DNA from: Polyangiaceae bacterium
GTDB taxonomy: Bacteria; Myxococcota_A; Polyangia; Polyangiales; Polyangiaceae
Direction of reading: 5' to 3'
DNA length: 64,000 bases
NCBI GenBank assembly: GCA_044376115.1
Contig: JBILLK010000008.1
Coordinates: 64,001-128,000, forward strand
Position 1 is the first letter of the stretch, and each line of letters opens with the position of its first letter. The position numbers and the translations under genes are program-made. Below, one piece after another: positions 10,464 to 19,683 of this stretch. Below the pieces are notes generated by a model. It saw only the letters and a list, made by a program, of their open reading frames with translations, was not told the DNA's origin and ran no database searches.

Positions 10464-10491
10464 GATTCCAAAGTGATATCACCTTGGAATC
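10464..10491. promoter_or_regulatory. 28-bp palindromic operator upstream of SPFH-RHH operon
   Basis: GATTCCAA-A-GTGATATCAC-C-TTGGAATC with one mismatched pair; TGGACA just upstream. Confidence 0.7.
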
Positions 10492-10507
10492 AAGGAAGGT
10501 GGTTTCG

Positions 10508-11443
10508 GTGTCGCAGAAAGCAGTTATGGGTCGCGAAGGCGCGTATTTCCACGGCAATGCCACGGAGGAGCGCGCAGTGAGCTCGTTCGGAGGCTGGCTC
10601 GTTTTGGTGGTTACGGTCGGCATCGTCCTGGTCAGTGGGTTGGGCGTTGCCTTCACCGCGCCACGGCATGAGCTAACGGCCACCGCGTGGGTCGTCCCGG
10701 CGGGGTTCGCACTGCTGCTGGTGCTGGCTCTCGCCTCGTTCACCGGCTTCTACGTTGTCAACCCCAACCAAGCCGTCGTCATGCAACTGTTCGGCTCCTA
10801 CGTTGGTACCGAGCGCACGTCGGGGCTGCGCTGGGCGTTCCCGCTCTATTCCAAGCGTTGGCTCAGCGTGCGCGCGGTATCCATGGAATCCGCGCGGCTA
10901 AAGGTCAATGATCTGGACGGTAACCCGATTGAGATCGCGGCCATCGTGGTTTGGCGCGTAATTGACACTGCCAAGGCCTGCTTCCAGGTGGATGATCACC
11001 GGGCTTACGTACATATTCAATCGGAGGCAGCGCTGCGCCATATGGCCACCAGCTACGCCTATGATCCGCATGACGGAGCCAAGCTCTCGCTGCGCGGCGC
11101 CTCCATGGAAGTGGCGGATCACCTGCGTCGAGAGCTGATGGAGCGGGCCAGCCTCGCCGGCGTTGAAATCATTGAGGCGCGCATCAGCCACTTGGCTTAT
11201 GCGCAAGAGATCGCGCAGGCCATGCTGCAGCGTCAACAAGCGAGCGCCATCATCGCAGCTCGGCAAAAGATCGTAGACGGCGCTGTCGGTATGGTGGAGA
11301 TGGCCTTGGCACGCTTGGCAGAGAACAACGTCGTCGAGCTTGATGAGGAGCGCAAAGCCGCCATGGTGTCGAATCTATTGGTCGTCCTTTGCAGCGAGCG
11401 CGCGGCTAGCCCCGTCGTCAACGCCGGTACCCTCTACGCGTAG
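10508..11443 (+). CDS. SPFH/band 7 membrane protein
   Basis: Two hydrophobic helices, [43 protein letters not shown]; start uncertain (10508 or 10526). Confidence 0.9.
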   Translation: MSQKAVMGREGAYFHGNATEERAVSSFGGWLVLVVTVGIVLVSGLGVAFTAPRHELTATAWVVPAGFALLLVLALASFTGFYVVNPNQAVVMQLFGSYVGTERTSGLRWAFPLYSKRWLSVRAVSMESARLKVNDLDGNPIEIAAIVVWRVIDTAKACFQVDDHRAYVHIQSEAALRHMATSYAYDPHDGAKLSLRGASMEVADHLRRELMERASLAGVEIIEARISHLAYAQEIAQAMLQRQQASAIIAARQKIVDGAVGMVEMALARLAENNVVELDEERKAAMVSNLLVVLCSERAASPVVNAGTLYA

Positions 11444-11448
11444 TTCAC

Positions 11449-11664
11449 GTGGCGGAACGCAAAGCTTTCTTGGTCCGGATCGAGCCGGAGCTCCACGACG
11501 CCCTGCAACGCTGGGCGTCGGACGAGCTTCGAAGTCTGAATGGCCAAATTGAATTCGTATTGCGGCGCGCGCTGAAAGAGGCCGGGCGCTTACCTCGCGC
11601 CGCCGACGGCTCAGAGCAGCAAGCTGCGGAAAAGCCGCGTCGCAAGCGCCCGAGCGACCCCTGA
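11449..11664 (+). CDS. Arc-like ribbon-helix-helix DNA-binding protein
   Basis: AERKAFLVRIEPELHDALQRWASDELRSLNGQIEFVLRRAL; typical partner of this SPFH family. Confidence 0.85.
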   Translation: MAERKAFLVRIEPELHDALQRWASDELRSLNGQIEFVLRRALKEAGRLPRAADGSEQQAAEKPRRKRPSDP

Positions 11665-11749
11665 GCCGCTAACGCTCGCTGTCGTATTGAACAGCGTCCT
11701 CGCTAACCCAACGCTAGCGGCAGCAAGTCGTGCGGTTCGAATCTCAGGC

Positions 11750-12337
11750 CTAACTTCGTGCTCCGCGTGGATACCAATGAGGACCTTCCAGGTCCCCAAA
11801 CAGGAACGGCCATAGGGATTGCCGCCTCTGTGGCTGCCGCGCCTGGTCGATTAGGCCGAGAAGGAAGCTCTCAACGTTGGAAAAAAGCACAGACGTTTCC
11901 TCGAACTCGGGCCCGAGACCATGAACGACCGACCCGAACGAGTTTCCCGGGCGCAGGTCGATCGCGAGGTATTCGTAGTCGCTATGGCACGCCATCGCGA
12001 AAGGCAGGTGGGCATCCCAAAAGGCGCTGATCTGCATTCGCTGGTCGTTGGTCTCGGCGCTATTCAAACTAAGCCGCTCACATTCGTCCCAACGAATCGA
12101 GCGTTCATCCTCTCGCGCGTAGTCAGCACGCGTGTAGAGCCAGGCGGTCTTGGAGCGATTGTGGCAAACGCTGAGGGTCGCGAGACACTCGAGGAAGACT
12201 GATGGAGCTTCGGCGTAGCGGCGAAGTTGGGCCGGCATCAACAGCGGGCCTGCGGACCTCTCGCTAACGACGCTCCAGCCAACCTGCTGCAAAGCCGATA
12301 AAGCCTCCGCGAACAAGCTTCGAGCCCCCGCTACCAT
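11750..12337 (-). CDS. SMI1/KNR4 (SUKH)-like protein
   Basis: SAFWDAHLPFAM...YEYLAIDL...FGSVVHGLGPEFEET pattern. Confidence 0.6.
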   Translation of the reverse strand: MVAGARSLFAEALSALQQVGWSVVSERSAGPLLMPAQLRRYAEAPSVFLECLATLSVCHNRSKTAWLYTRADYAREDERSIRWDECERLSLNSAETNDQRMQISAFWDAHLPFAMACHSDYEYLAIDLRPGNSFGSVVHGLGPEFEETSVLFSNVESFLLGLIDQARQPQRRQSLWPFLFGDLEGPHWYPRGARS

Positions 12338-12999
12338 GTGCGACCTTCGGTTGTCGCGCGCTCTGCAGTCGCCCCTTCGAGACCAGCGGCCCCCGCTATT
12401 TCGCGCAGGAAGGCCAGCAGTCGGTCACGCTCCTCTGCGCGGAGCTGGAGGGAAGCGTCACCAGGCCCGAATACGCTATTGAGCGTCACAACGGCTTCAC
12501 GCATAGCGGTCTCCATCACCCCCGGAGCGGCGGGCGCAACCGCGCACTCGACCAAGCTGACAAGCGTCAGCTCTGCGCGCCGCAGCTGCGCATCGCTCGG
12601 GCCAGGTCGCCCCAGCCGATGCCGCAGCGCGTGGGTTGGCGACTTCGCCAGCAGCGTGCGCCCTACGATGAAACGCTCATTCCGGATCTCTGGGAACAAC
12701 TGCAATAGCTGCGTAACGCCTGCTGGCGTCGCGCAGGCAGCCGCGCAACGCACGTCGGCGACTGTGGCTTCACGAACCAGCTCCGAATAGCGCTCTGGTG
12801 CTAAGCCGGCTCCCCCCGAAAGCCAAAGTGCGCTCCACCAGCGCGCACGACCGCACGCACGTAACCTCGTATCGGATTGGCGGGCCAGCCATTTCGGCGA
12901 TGGCGCCTTTACGCGCTCAACCAGGATCGCCTCGCTACCGAGATTGTCGAGCACGAGGTCGCGCGGGCGAAGGGCACGGTGTTTCCTCTCGTTGCTCAC
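12331..12999 (-). CDS. hypothetical protein
   Basis: 222-aa ORF overlapping the start of the SMI1-like gene. Confidence 0.55.
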   Translation of the reverse strand: MSNERKHRALRPRDLVLDNLGSEAILVERVKAPSPKWLARQSDTRLRACGRARWWSALWLSGGAGLAPERYSELVREATVADVRCAAACATPAGVTQLLQLFPEIRNERFIVGRTLLAKSPTHALRHRLGRPGPSDAQLRRAELTLVSLVECAVAPAAPGVMETAMREAVVTLNSVFGPGDASLQLRAEERDRLLAFLREIAGAAGLEGATAERATTEGRTW

Positions 13000-13021
13000 G
13001 TTGAGGACTGCAGGTTAGCGC

Positions 13022-13768
13022 TCATGGCGCCAAACACGGTACGAGGGACTGCGTTTGGATCTCGCGGTTCCACAACGTTTGGCCGGCGCGCGTTGCGACC
13101 AATTTTGCGGGCGGGCCAAAACTCGGGCCAGCGTTGGGGGTACCGGGAACGGGCGGCTCCAGACGAACGACGATATCGGCCGAGTTCCATTCGCGTTGGC
13201 TCACCGCCGAAATCGCCACCGGCGCCAGACCCGAGCCGGGCTGGGTATGGAGCTCGCACCCCGCTTCGCTAAGCTCGAGTTCGAGCGCATCGAGCTGCGG
13301 CGGAGATGGATGCGCGGCACCTCCTTGCGAATACCGCGCAATCAGCTGTCCCATCGCGCCGGACTCGGTCAGCGTCCAGCGTGCGCTCTCGGTCACCGCA
13401 GGCACCTCGGCGCTGCAAGTCCAACGCACGGCTCCGTCCGCACGCGCAAGCACCGAAACCTCGAGCTTGCTCCGCTCTTCGGTATCCAGGTTCGTGACGA
13501 CGAGGTCACCGTTCGCGAGCTCGCCAAGCAACTGTCCCCAGCGCTGACTCGACCATGCGGTGGTTCCATCGTTCACGCGTACGACCTCGAGATGCCGCAC
13601 TACGTGGTTGGAACACATCGCGCTGCCGTCGAACGCCACCCACGGCAATTGCGCATCACGTGCAGTCAGATCACGCACCGCACGTACGGAACGGTCGCTC
13701 CCGGGCGATTGCGGCGTCGCGTTCGATACACAGCTTACGAGCAGTAGGACGCAGCCCAGCGGTCTCAT
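13022..13768 (-). CDS. hypothetical lipoprotein
   Basis: MRPLGCVLLLVSC signal/lipobox; start moved to ATG 13768. Confidence 0.55.
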   Translation of the reverse strand: MRPLGCVLLLVSCVSNATPQSPGSDRSVRAVRDLTARDAQLPWVAFDGSAMCSNHVVRHLEVVRVNDGTTAWSSQRWGQLLGELANGDLVVTNLDTEERSKLEVSVLARADGAVRWTCSAEVPAVTESARWTLTESGAMGQLIARYSQGGAAHPSPPQLDALELELSEAGCELHTQPGSGLAPVAISAVSQREWNSADIVVRLEPPVPGTPNAGPSFGPPAKLVATRAGQTLWNREIQTQSLVPCLAP

Positions 13769-13881
13769 CGTTTGGTAGTAGCGCACCCCGTCAGCGTGAG
13801 ACCAGAGCGTTCGCCGGGCAGGGCCAGAAAGCCAAACGGCCATCGAAGGATGGCCGTTTGCTAGGTAACGAGTGACTCGGA

Positions 13882-14340
13882 CTAGTTGGCTACAGAGGCC
13901 TCGCTGCCCTTGTCCTTCTTGCCCTTCTTGCCTTTGCCTTCACCCTTCTTGCCCTTGTGCTTACCGCGCAGCTCCTTGGCGATCTTGCGTACGCCTTTGG
14001 CTTCCTCGGCCGTGACCGTACCGTCTTCTCCTGCGGCCTTGGCTGCAGCGCGGACCTGCTCAGCCGTGGTGGCGAACTTGGCGAGGATCTCCTTGCGCTT
14101 CTCCTCCGGCACCTTTCGCTCTTCCATCCGCTTGGTCACCCGCTCTTGCATCTTGGCGATGCGCGTATTGACCTTCTGCATGAAGACGTCTGCCTTCATG
14201 GGGAACTTCTTTTCATGGTCCTTGTCGCCCTTCGCCAGCGCGGTGCTTTCTCCAGCGTCGGCCCCCGCGAAAGCAAAAGCGGGAACAGCTGCGGCGAGAC
14301 CGAGAGACACGAGAGCAACCTTGATCCATGAGCGCGACAT
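13882..14340 (-). CDS. secreted Lys/Glu-rich helical protein
   Basis: Signal peptide MSRSWIKVALVSLGLAAAVPAFA; AGGAGG RBS. Confidence 0.75.
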   Translation of the reverse strand: MSRSWIKVALVSLGLAAAVPAFAFAGADAGESTALAKGDKDHEKKFPMKADVFMQKVNTRIAKMQERVTKRMEERKVPEEKRKEILAKFATTAEQVRAAAKAAGEDGTVTAEEAKGVRKIAKELRGKHKGKKGEGKGKKGKKDKGSEASVAN

Positions 14341-14389
14341 TGTGAGTTCCTCCTGAGCCACCGTGTTTGGCGGCTTCGTAGACCACTGA

Positions 14390-14406
14390 TGCAGCTTGGG
14401 TGCCAA
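14390..14406 (-). promoter_or_regulatory. putative sigma54 promoter
   Basis: Minus strand TTGGCACCCAAGCTGCA, close to the TGGCAC-N5-TTGC consensus, 50 bp before ATG 14340. Confidence 0.7.
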
Positions 14407-14527
14407 GCTGGCTTAGCCAGCTTTCTCGCAGTATTTGGTCCTTTTCAGCCCTACTTGGGTGCGGAGTGAAGCGCGCAGGGGCCTGTTCCTGCGGCAGGCA
14501 CTCCGCAGAGCGCTCACGCAGCCGCGG

Positions 14528-15217
14528 CTAGAGACCGTCACACAGGTCGATGCAGCACTGATCCTCGGGATGCGTTGCGCAGTAATCCCAATAGACCTCG
14601 GGCCCAAGCACGCGAAGCTCGTCGGCCGCATGAAGCATGTTGCCGTTGGGAGCCTTCACCGTCGTACTCAACATCAAGCGCGTACCTTCGGCCAGCGGCA
14701 CTGACTCCGGGTCCCACGGGTCGCCCGGGAGCGGAACGATGATGCCCGTAGCGGTACCGCCCTTGACCGGTACCAAGGACTGCGTGAGCGCAGAAACGAC
14801 CTCATCCGTTTCCTCCAATCGGGCCTCGGTCTCGACAATGACCTCGGTACCGCAATCGGCGCAGGCTAGCGCTAAGAACAAATGATAGCCGCCTTGAGGC
14901 CCTTCCATGTACGGGACCACGGAATCCTCTGCGAGCTGCTCGTAGCAGACCTCACCAGTCCCCGTCTCAAAGGTCTCTAGCTGCGTGGGAAGATCACACT
15001 GCGGCGGAGCAGGCTCCGGCTCCTCGCAAGGGTCACCACATTCGGCGGGGTCCTCCAGACGTCGACAGTCGAGTGGACACGTAGGTTGTTCACAACTGTC
15101 CCCAGCGCAAGGCTCCTCACAACCGTCGGCAGCACAATCCTGGTTATCAATGGAGGCATCGCACGCCGCGACCAAGAACGTGAACGAGAGCAACACCGAG
15201 CTTGAGAGAAGACGCAT
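14528..15217 (-). CDS. Cys-rich acidic lipoprotein
   Basis: FLVAAC lipobox, Cys/Glu/Pro-rich N-region, GPQGGYH motif. Confidence 0.7.
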   Translation of the reverse strand: MRLLSSSVLLSFTFLVAACDASIDNQDCAADGCEEPCAGDSCEQPTCPLDCRRLEDPAECGDPCEEPEPAPPQCDLPTQLETFETGTGEVCYEQLAEDSVVPYMEGPQGGYHLFLALACADCGTEVIVETEARLEETDEVVSALTQSLVPVKGGTATGIIVPLPGDPWDPESVPLAEGTRLMLSTTVKAPNGNMLHAADELRVLGPEVYWDYCATHPEDQCCIDLCDGL

Positions 15218-15232
15218 GGCTGCGGCACCTTC

Positions 15233-15249
15233 AGCAGGAACCATGCCCT
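15233..15249 (-). promoter_or_regulatory. putative sigma54 promoter
   Basis: Minus strand AGGGCATGGTTCCTGCT (GG-N10-GC) just before ATG 15217. Confidence 0.5.
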
Positions 15250-15324
15250 TCTACTTCGGCCTAATTCCCCGCAAACACACGGCTTATTGTGCCCAGCTGT
15301 GCCGCTCTTGAGCGACCCTGGGGA

Positions 15325-16380
15325 TTACCTCCGACCAACCGTCGTTGGAGCTCCAACTCGGACTTCCAGGGCCAACTCCGGCCGAAGCAAGCGCAGCTTG
15401 CCCACGACCCCATCGAGCGTAAGCACCTCGTCCACCATCACCAAGCCGCGAGCAGCAGCCGGCGCCTCGAGCAACAGAGCGGCCTTCGCAGCCACGGCTG
15501 CTCCCCCCACCGCAAAGCCATCAGCAGCCCACAGGGTAGCAACCACCTCTTCAGCCGATCCCCGCGCTCTCGCGACCAGCTCGACAATGGTGGGCACCCG
15601 GCGCAACAAGTATCGGCGCAACAGACGGAAGTAGCCGCCAAGGAGCGCGCGAAACCAGGGCGCTCGCAACAGCCTGCCTGGTAAACCTCGGAATATGACC
15701 CAAAGCGGGGACGGAGACGGGGAAATGGACATAGTCACGTTAGGCGCCCTCGTGCTTGACGCCAGCATCACGACCTCCGGAAACGAGAACGTCAACGAGC
15801 GATGACGGCCGCTTGGGAAAGGCTGGATTGCTCCCGACATTGCACTCGGCACCTCTTTGCGACGCCCCTCGCTCACCTCGATGGCGGGCAGCCCAAAAGC
15901 GTCGACCACCAGATCGATGGTACCCTGCCCAGCCCCTGAGAACGGCGAGCTGCGCACCCCGAGATCGAGCGCGACCACGTCGCGCACCCCCGTGTACGCA
16001 ACAGCGCCGAGCAGATTAGATAACCCAGTAAATATCCCGGCCCCGAGCACGACAGTCCCCAGCGCGGGCTTACCGTGCCAACGATTCAACAGCCCCTCCA
16101 CGACAAGCCTATCGGAGCTCGCCTCCAGGAGCGTAAGGCCGATCCGCAAACACCAAGCGACAAGCAGTTCGGGTGGAGCATCGTGACTGCTGGAACAATT
16201 GACCAATAGGTCGGCGTCCCGAAGTGCGTCGAAGGTCTCCTCCCTGCATAGATCGACGACGCGATCAGGTCCGCGCCGCCCTGCGACAAGCACCTCGAGG
16301 TCATCGCGTTGCGCCAGGCTTTGCACCACCCTCCTTCCCAGAAAGCCGGTCCCGCCGATCACAATCACGCGCTTTTTCAT
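15325..16380 (-). CDS. saccharopine dehydrogenase-like NAD(P)-binding oxidoreductase
   Basis: MKKRVIVIGGTGFLG Rossmann motif, VAGRR, GAGIFTGLSNLL. Confidence 0.75.
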   Translation of the reverse strand: MKKRVIVIGGTGFLGRRVVQSLAQRDDLEVLVAGRRGPDRVVDLCREETFDALRDADLLVNCSSSHDAPPELLVAWCLRIGLTLLEASSDRLVVEGLLNRWHGKPALGTVVLGAGIFTGLSNLLGAVAYTGVRDVVALDLGVRSSPFSGAGQGTIDLVVDAFGLPAIEVSEGRRKEVPSAMSGAIQPFPSGRHRSLTFSFPEVVMLASSTRAPNVTMSISPSPSPLWVIFRGLPGRLLRAPWFRALLGGYFRLLRRYLLRRVPTIVELVARARGSAEEVVATLWAADGFAVGGAAVAAKAALLLEAPAAARGLVMVDEVLTLDGVVGKLRLLRPELALEVRVGAPTTVGRR

Positions 16381-16429
16381 CGCTACGTTGTAAGGTCCCG
16401 CACTGCCCTTCGACGACTCGCGTTCCCCG

Positions 16430-17068
16430 ATGCCGCTGCCCAAGCACCTAAAGCCCCGCAAGGTCCCGAAACAACAGCGGTCTCGGGCTCTGGTCGACGC
16501 CATCATCGAGGCCACGGCTCGCGTTCTCGTCGCGCGAGGCTTCGAGTCCTTGAACGTCGCTGAGGTCGCCGAGGTGGCGGGCGTCAGCATTGGCTCGTTG
16601 TATCAATACTTCCCTCACAAGGAGGCTTTGGTAGTCGCGCTACTTGAACGCCACGCGGACCGCGAGTCCGCCTTTCTTGAAGCGCGCTTCACCGAGCTGC
16701 GCGCTGCAACGCCCGCCGCTCTGCTCCGTACTGCAGTAACCGCGGTACTCGCTTTTCGAGCGCTCGATCCGGAGCTCCACCAGGCGCTCACCTCGGTCAT
16801 CCCCATCGTAGGCCGCTTTGACGATCTGCGTAACCGCGGCGCGCGAACAGCGGCACACCTACGCATGTTGCTCGAGCCGCTGTACCGGCCCAAAGACGGA
16901 GCGCCCAGCCTCGATGAGCTCATATTCATCGTTGGTAACGCCACCCATTCGCTCACCCATGAAGGGCTCTTGCGGCGTCCCGAGAGCTTTAGCGACAAAC
17001 GACTCGCGGAGGAGATATCGCGATTGTGGACCAGCTATCTAGGTCTCGAGGCTACTCCTCTCGAGTAG
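16430..17068 (+). CDS. TetR/AcrR family regulator
   Basis: PRKVPKQQRSRALVDAIIEATARVL...VAEVAGVSIGSLYQYFPHKEAL; divergent from the oxidoreductase. Confidence 0.92.
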   Translation: MPLPKHLKPRKVPKQQRSRALVDAIIEATARVLVARGFESLNVAEVAEVAGVSIGSLYQYFPHKEALVVALLERHADRESAFLEARFTELRAATPAALLRTAVTAVLAFRALDPELHQALTSVIPIVGRFDDLRNRGARTAAHLRMLLEPLYRPKDGAPSLDELIFIVGNATHSLTHEGLLRRPESFSDKRLAEEISRLWTSYLGLEATPLE

Positions 17069-17221
17069 GTCGGCCGCGGGACGGCAACTCAGCGCATCTC
17101 TATCTCAAGCAGTCAGGACTACGAGCTGGGCGCGTCACTGCAAGCGTCTCGATGTTCCCGGCGGCTCTTCGCGCGGTGCTTCCTCGTCGAAGCTCCGTGT
17201 CCGACCGCGTCGTCCCGGATC

Positions 17222-17297
17222 GGGATCACCTGTAGAAGGTTCGAATCCTTCGTCTGCCCAATAGGACGGACAAGCTCATTGGTCGAGCAGTGAACCC
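17222..17297 (+). ncRNA. circularly permuted tRNA-like module (YrlA/Y-RNA-like)
   Basis: Order is closing stem GGGATCAC, T-arm GAAGG-TTCGAAT-CCTTC, closed acceptor-like stem GTCTGCC/GGACGGAC, D-arm GCTC-ATTGGTC-GAGC, closing GTGAACCC. Confidence 0.7.
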
Positions 17298-17327
17298 ATA
17301 TTCAACCGAAGGTTGATACAGCAAACA

Positions 17328-17586
17328 GAATGACTCGTGCCATCTTCGGAAGAAAACGGCCGTAGGCCCAATCGTCCTTAACGTCGGCACGAGTCATTCC
17401 CACCACTAACGGACTAGCGATGAGGGCTCGGTCGTGTACCCGCTTGCGGGTGCCCGACGCGGTCCACGCTCTACGCCCGAGCCCGGACGATCGCTCCGGC
17501 AAGCGTCAACTCGTAAGAGCCCACGCTTGCTTCGCCGTCTTCTGCGCTCGGTCCCGTCGGGCGCAGGCCGGAGTTCCTCATCGCTA
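17328..17586 (+). ncRNA. two further structured non-coding elements
   Basis: Perfect 14-bp inverted repeat 17328-17341/17386-17399; perfect 11-bp inverted repeat 17415-17425/17576-17586 enclosing several hairpins. Confidence 0.55.
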
Positions 17587-17614
17587 ACTCCATCTTCCTT
17601 TTTTGAGGTGCGCC

Positions 17615-18706
17615 ATGATTTTCACCATCATCGTTCAACTCGGTGAGCGCGCCGTGCTCTTGCAACACGGTGTCCCCATCGCTGCGCTCGGCCCCGGCCG
17701 TCACCGCCGCATTGGCTTCGGCTACAGCGTGCTCCGCTTCGAGCTCAAGGATTACTTCGTCTACGCGTCGCACGACGTGCGCGCGGTGTTCCCCGCGGCG
17801 TGGATTCACGAGCTCACCATCGCCGAGAACGAGCGCGGTATCGTCCGCGTCGACGGACGCGCCGTTGCCTTCTTACGCCCCGGCGTGGCTCGCCTTTGGG
17901 CCGTCGATCCGGCCTTGACCGTCGAGGTCCTCCGCCTCGACGCGCCCATCCCGGAGCTCACGAGCGATCTTCGCGCGGTGCTCCCGGCCGGCGAAATCGT
18001 CGAGACGGTGGTCGCTCCCCATGAGCGGGGTGTGCTCTTCGTCGACGGCCGCTTCGAGCGCGTGATCGAGCCCGGACTCTACGCCTTCTGGTCGCCACCG
18101 CGCGCTGCCGTGCACGTCCTTCGCGTCGATATGCGTCAGCAAGAGGTCGCGATCGTCGGGCAGGACCTGCTCACCAAGGACAAGGTCAGCTTGCGGCTGT
18201 CGCTCGTCGCCGATATCCGGGTGATCGATCCGGTCTTGGCGACCACGACGGTTACAAGCCCCCGCGATGCAATCTACAGCGCTATCCAGCTCGCCGTGCG
18301 CGGCGTGGTGGGAGCACTAACGCTCGATGAATTGCTCGAGGCACGCGAGCAGATCTCGATCGATTTGGCGCAACGGCTAGCTCAGGACGCAGAGCGCTTC
18401 GGGCTCGAGCTCGTTCGAGTCGGACTGCGCGATGTCGTCCTCCCCGGCGAAATGAAGACGGTGATGAACCGTGTGATCGAGGCCGAGAAGGAGTCCCTCG
18501 CGAACGTGATCCGTCGACGCGAAGAGACCGCAGCGATGCGTCAGCTCGTCAACACCGCACGCCTCGTCGCCGAAAACCCGATGCTCATGCGTATGCGTGA
18601 GCTCGATACACTGAAGGAAATCGCCGGTCAGCTGAAGGACGTCCACCTTGTGGTGGGCACCGACAAGCTGGAAGCGTTGTTCCCGAAGGGGATGCTCGGG
18701 CGATAA
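17615..18706 (+). CDS. slipin-family SPFH protein
   Basis: Repeated ERG(I/V)...DGR...L(R/E)PG units, GQDLLTKDKVSLRL, RDVVLPGEMKTVMNRVIEAEK, RRREETAAMRQLVNTARL. Confidence 0.88.
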   Translation: MIFTIIVQLGERAVLLQHGVPIAALGPGRHRRIGFGYSVLRFELKDYFVYASHDVRAVFPAAWIHELTIAENERGIVRVDGRAVAFLRPGVARLWAVDPALTVEVLRLDAPIPELTSDLRAVLPAGEIVETVVAPHERGVLFVDGRFERVIEPGLYAFWSPPRAAVHVLRVDMRQQEVAIVGQDLLTKDKVSLRLSLVADIRVIDPVLATTTVTSPRDAIYSAIQLAVRGVVGALTLDELLEAREQISIDLAQRLAQDAERFGLELVRVGLRDVVLPGEMKTVMNRVIEAEKESLANVIRRREETAAMRQLVNTARLVAENPMLMRMRELDTLKEIAGQLKDVHLVVGTDKLEALFPKGMLGR

Positions 18707-18758
18707 CCAACTGCAAGGCCGGGCCGGAGACAATCCGGCTCGGCTACTGCGGTTCGCG

Positions 18759-19166
18759 CTACTTCGCCTTCATCTTGTTGTTGCGCGCCTCGTGCGTGAC
18801 CTCGGCCAAACCCAGCGCCTCCATCAGCGGTGGGAGATACATACCGAAGCGGCCGCGCAGGCCCTTCTTGAGGCCGTACCAGCCACCAACTGGGTTCTTC
18901 TCCGAGCGCCCCCACGCTTCCACCGTGCCTTCTTTGGCCGGCTTCTGCTCGTCAGCGCTGCCGAGCTCCATCCACTCGCCGTGCTTCTTCAGCATCGCGT
19001 GCAAGTCATCGATGCAACGCACGTCGTAGTGCAGCACCGTCTTGCCGACAGTGCATACGAGCACTTCTTTGCCGCCGACTTCATCCACGTGCATCGTGTA
19101 GTCGGCAGAGAGCGGCGGGGTCTTGAGCGCGAGGGGTTTAGCGGCTGTCCCGATTTTGTGTTTCAT
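18759..19166 (-). CDS. conserved hypothetical (DUF6855-like)
   Basis: LKTPP, CTVGKTVLHYD, LGSADEQKPAKEGTVEAWGRSEKNPVGGWYGLKKGLRGRFGMY. Confidence 0.7.
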   Translation of the reverse strand: MKHKIGTAAKPLALKTPPLSADYTMHVDEVGGKEVLVCTVGKTVLHYDVRCIDDLHAMLKKHGEWMELGSADEQKPAKEGTVEAWGRSEKNPVGGWYGLKKGLRGRFGMYLPPLMEALGLAEVTHEARNNKMKAK

Positions 19167-19197
19167 GATCGGCCTCGAGGTGATTGTGGAGTGTGGC

Positions 19198-19650
19198 TCA
19201 AGCGCCTTGCTCGGCGCGACGCTTGAGGTCGGTCGCGAATTGGTCAAACGACTCATCGAAGGAAGGAATCATGTGCGCAAAGAGCGGGAACACCGGTCCG
19301 CCGATCTTCTCGTGCATCGTAAACAGCAGCTTCCCCTCCCCCTTGTCCGTAACTTCATACGTGCGCTTGCCCATCGCGTCACCCCAGACCAATCGATTGG
19401 GCGGACTAAACTCCTTCACCTTCAGCTTGAAGGTACGTTTGGGGTCGAGCGTGGAGCGCAGCTTAATGGTGTTTCCCAGCGCAATATCGCCTTCGATACC
19501 GACGACGGTGGAGCTCCACTTCGGGTAGTCGGCGGCTTGGGTTAGCAGCGCCCAAACGGCATTTGCTTCCGCCTGAATCTCGATTGCGACCGAGGTTTCG
19601 CGCGAGAACGTGTGCCGAGTGGTCGTTGCCTTGGTGTGCGTCGCGGTCAT
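19198..19650 (-). CDS. SRPBCC (START-like) domain protein
   Basis: IEIQAEANAVWALLT...YPKWSS...RLVWG. Confidence 0.8.
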   Translation of the reverse strand: MTATHTKATTTRHTFSRETSVAIEIQAEANAVWALLTQAADYPKWSSTVVGIEGDIALGNTIKLRSTLDPKRTFKLKVKEFSPPNRLVWGDAMGKRTYEVTDKGEGKLLFTMHEKIGGPVFPLFAHMIPSFDESFDQFATDLKRRAEQGA

Positions 19651-19683
19651 GGGTCGCTCCTTGGAAGAGCCAATCCCATCGCC

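Noticed and set aside
11734..11743. GGTTCGAATC T-loop word as a tRNA fragment or att site
   Set aside because: The flanking bases do not form a T-stem and no other tRNA arms are visible
17222..17297. canonical tRNA gene
   Set aside because: The T-arm precedes the D-arm and there is no anticodon loop; reported as a permuted mimic instead
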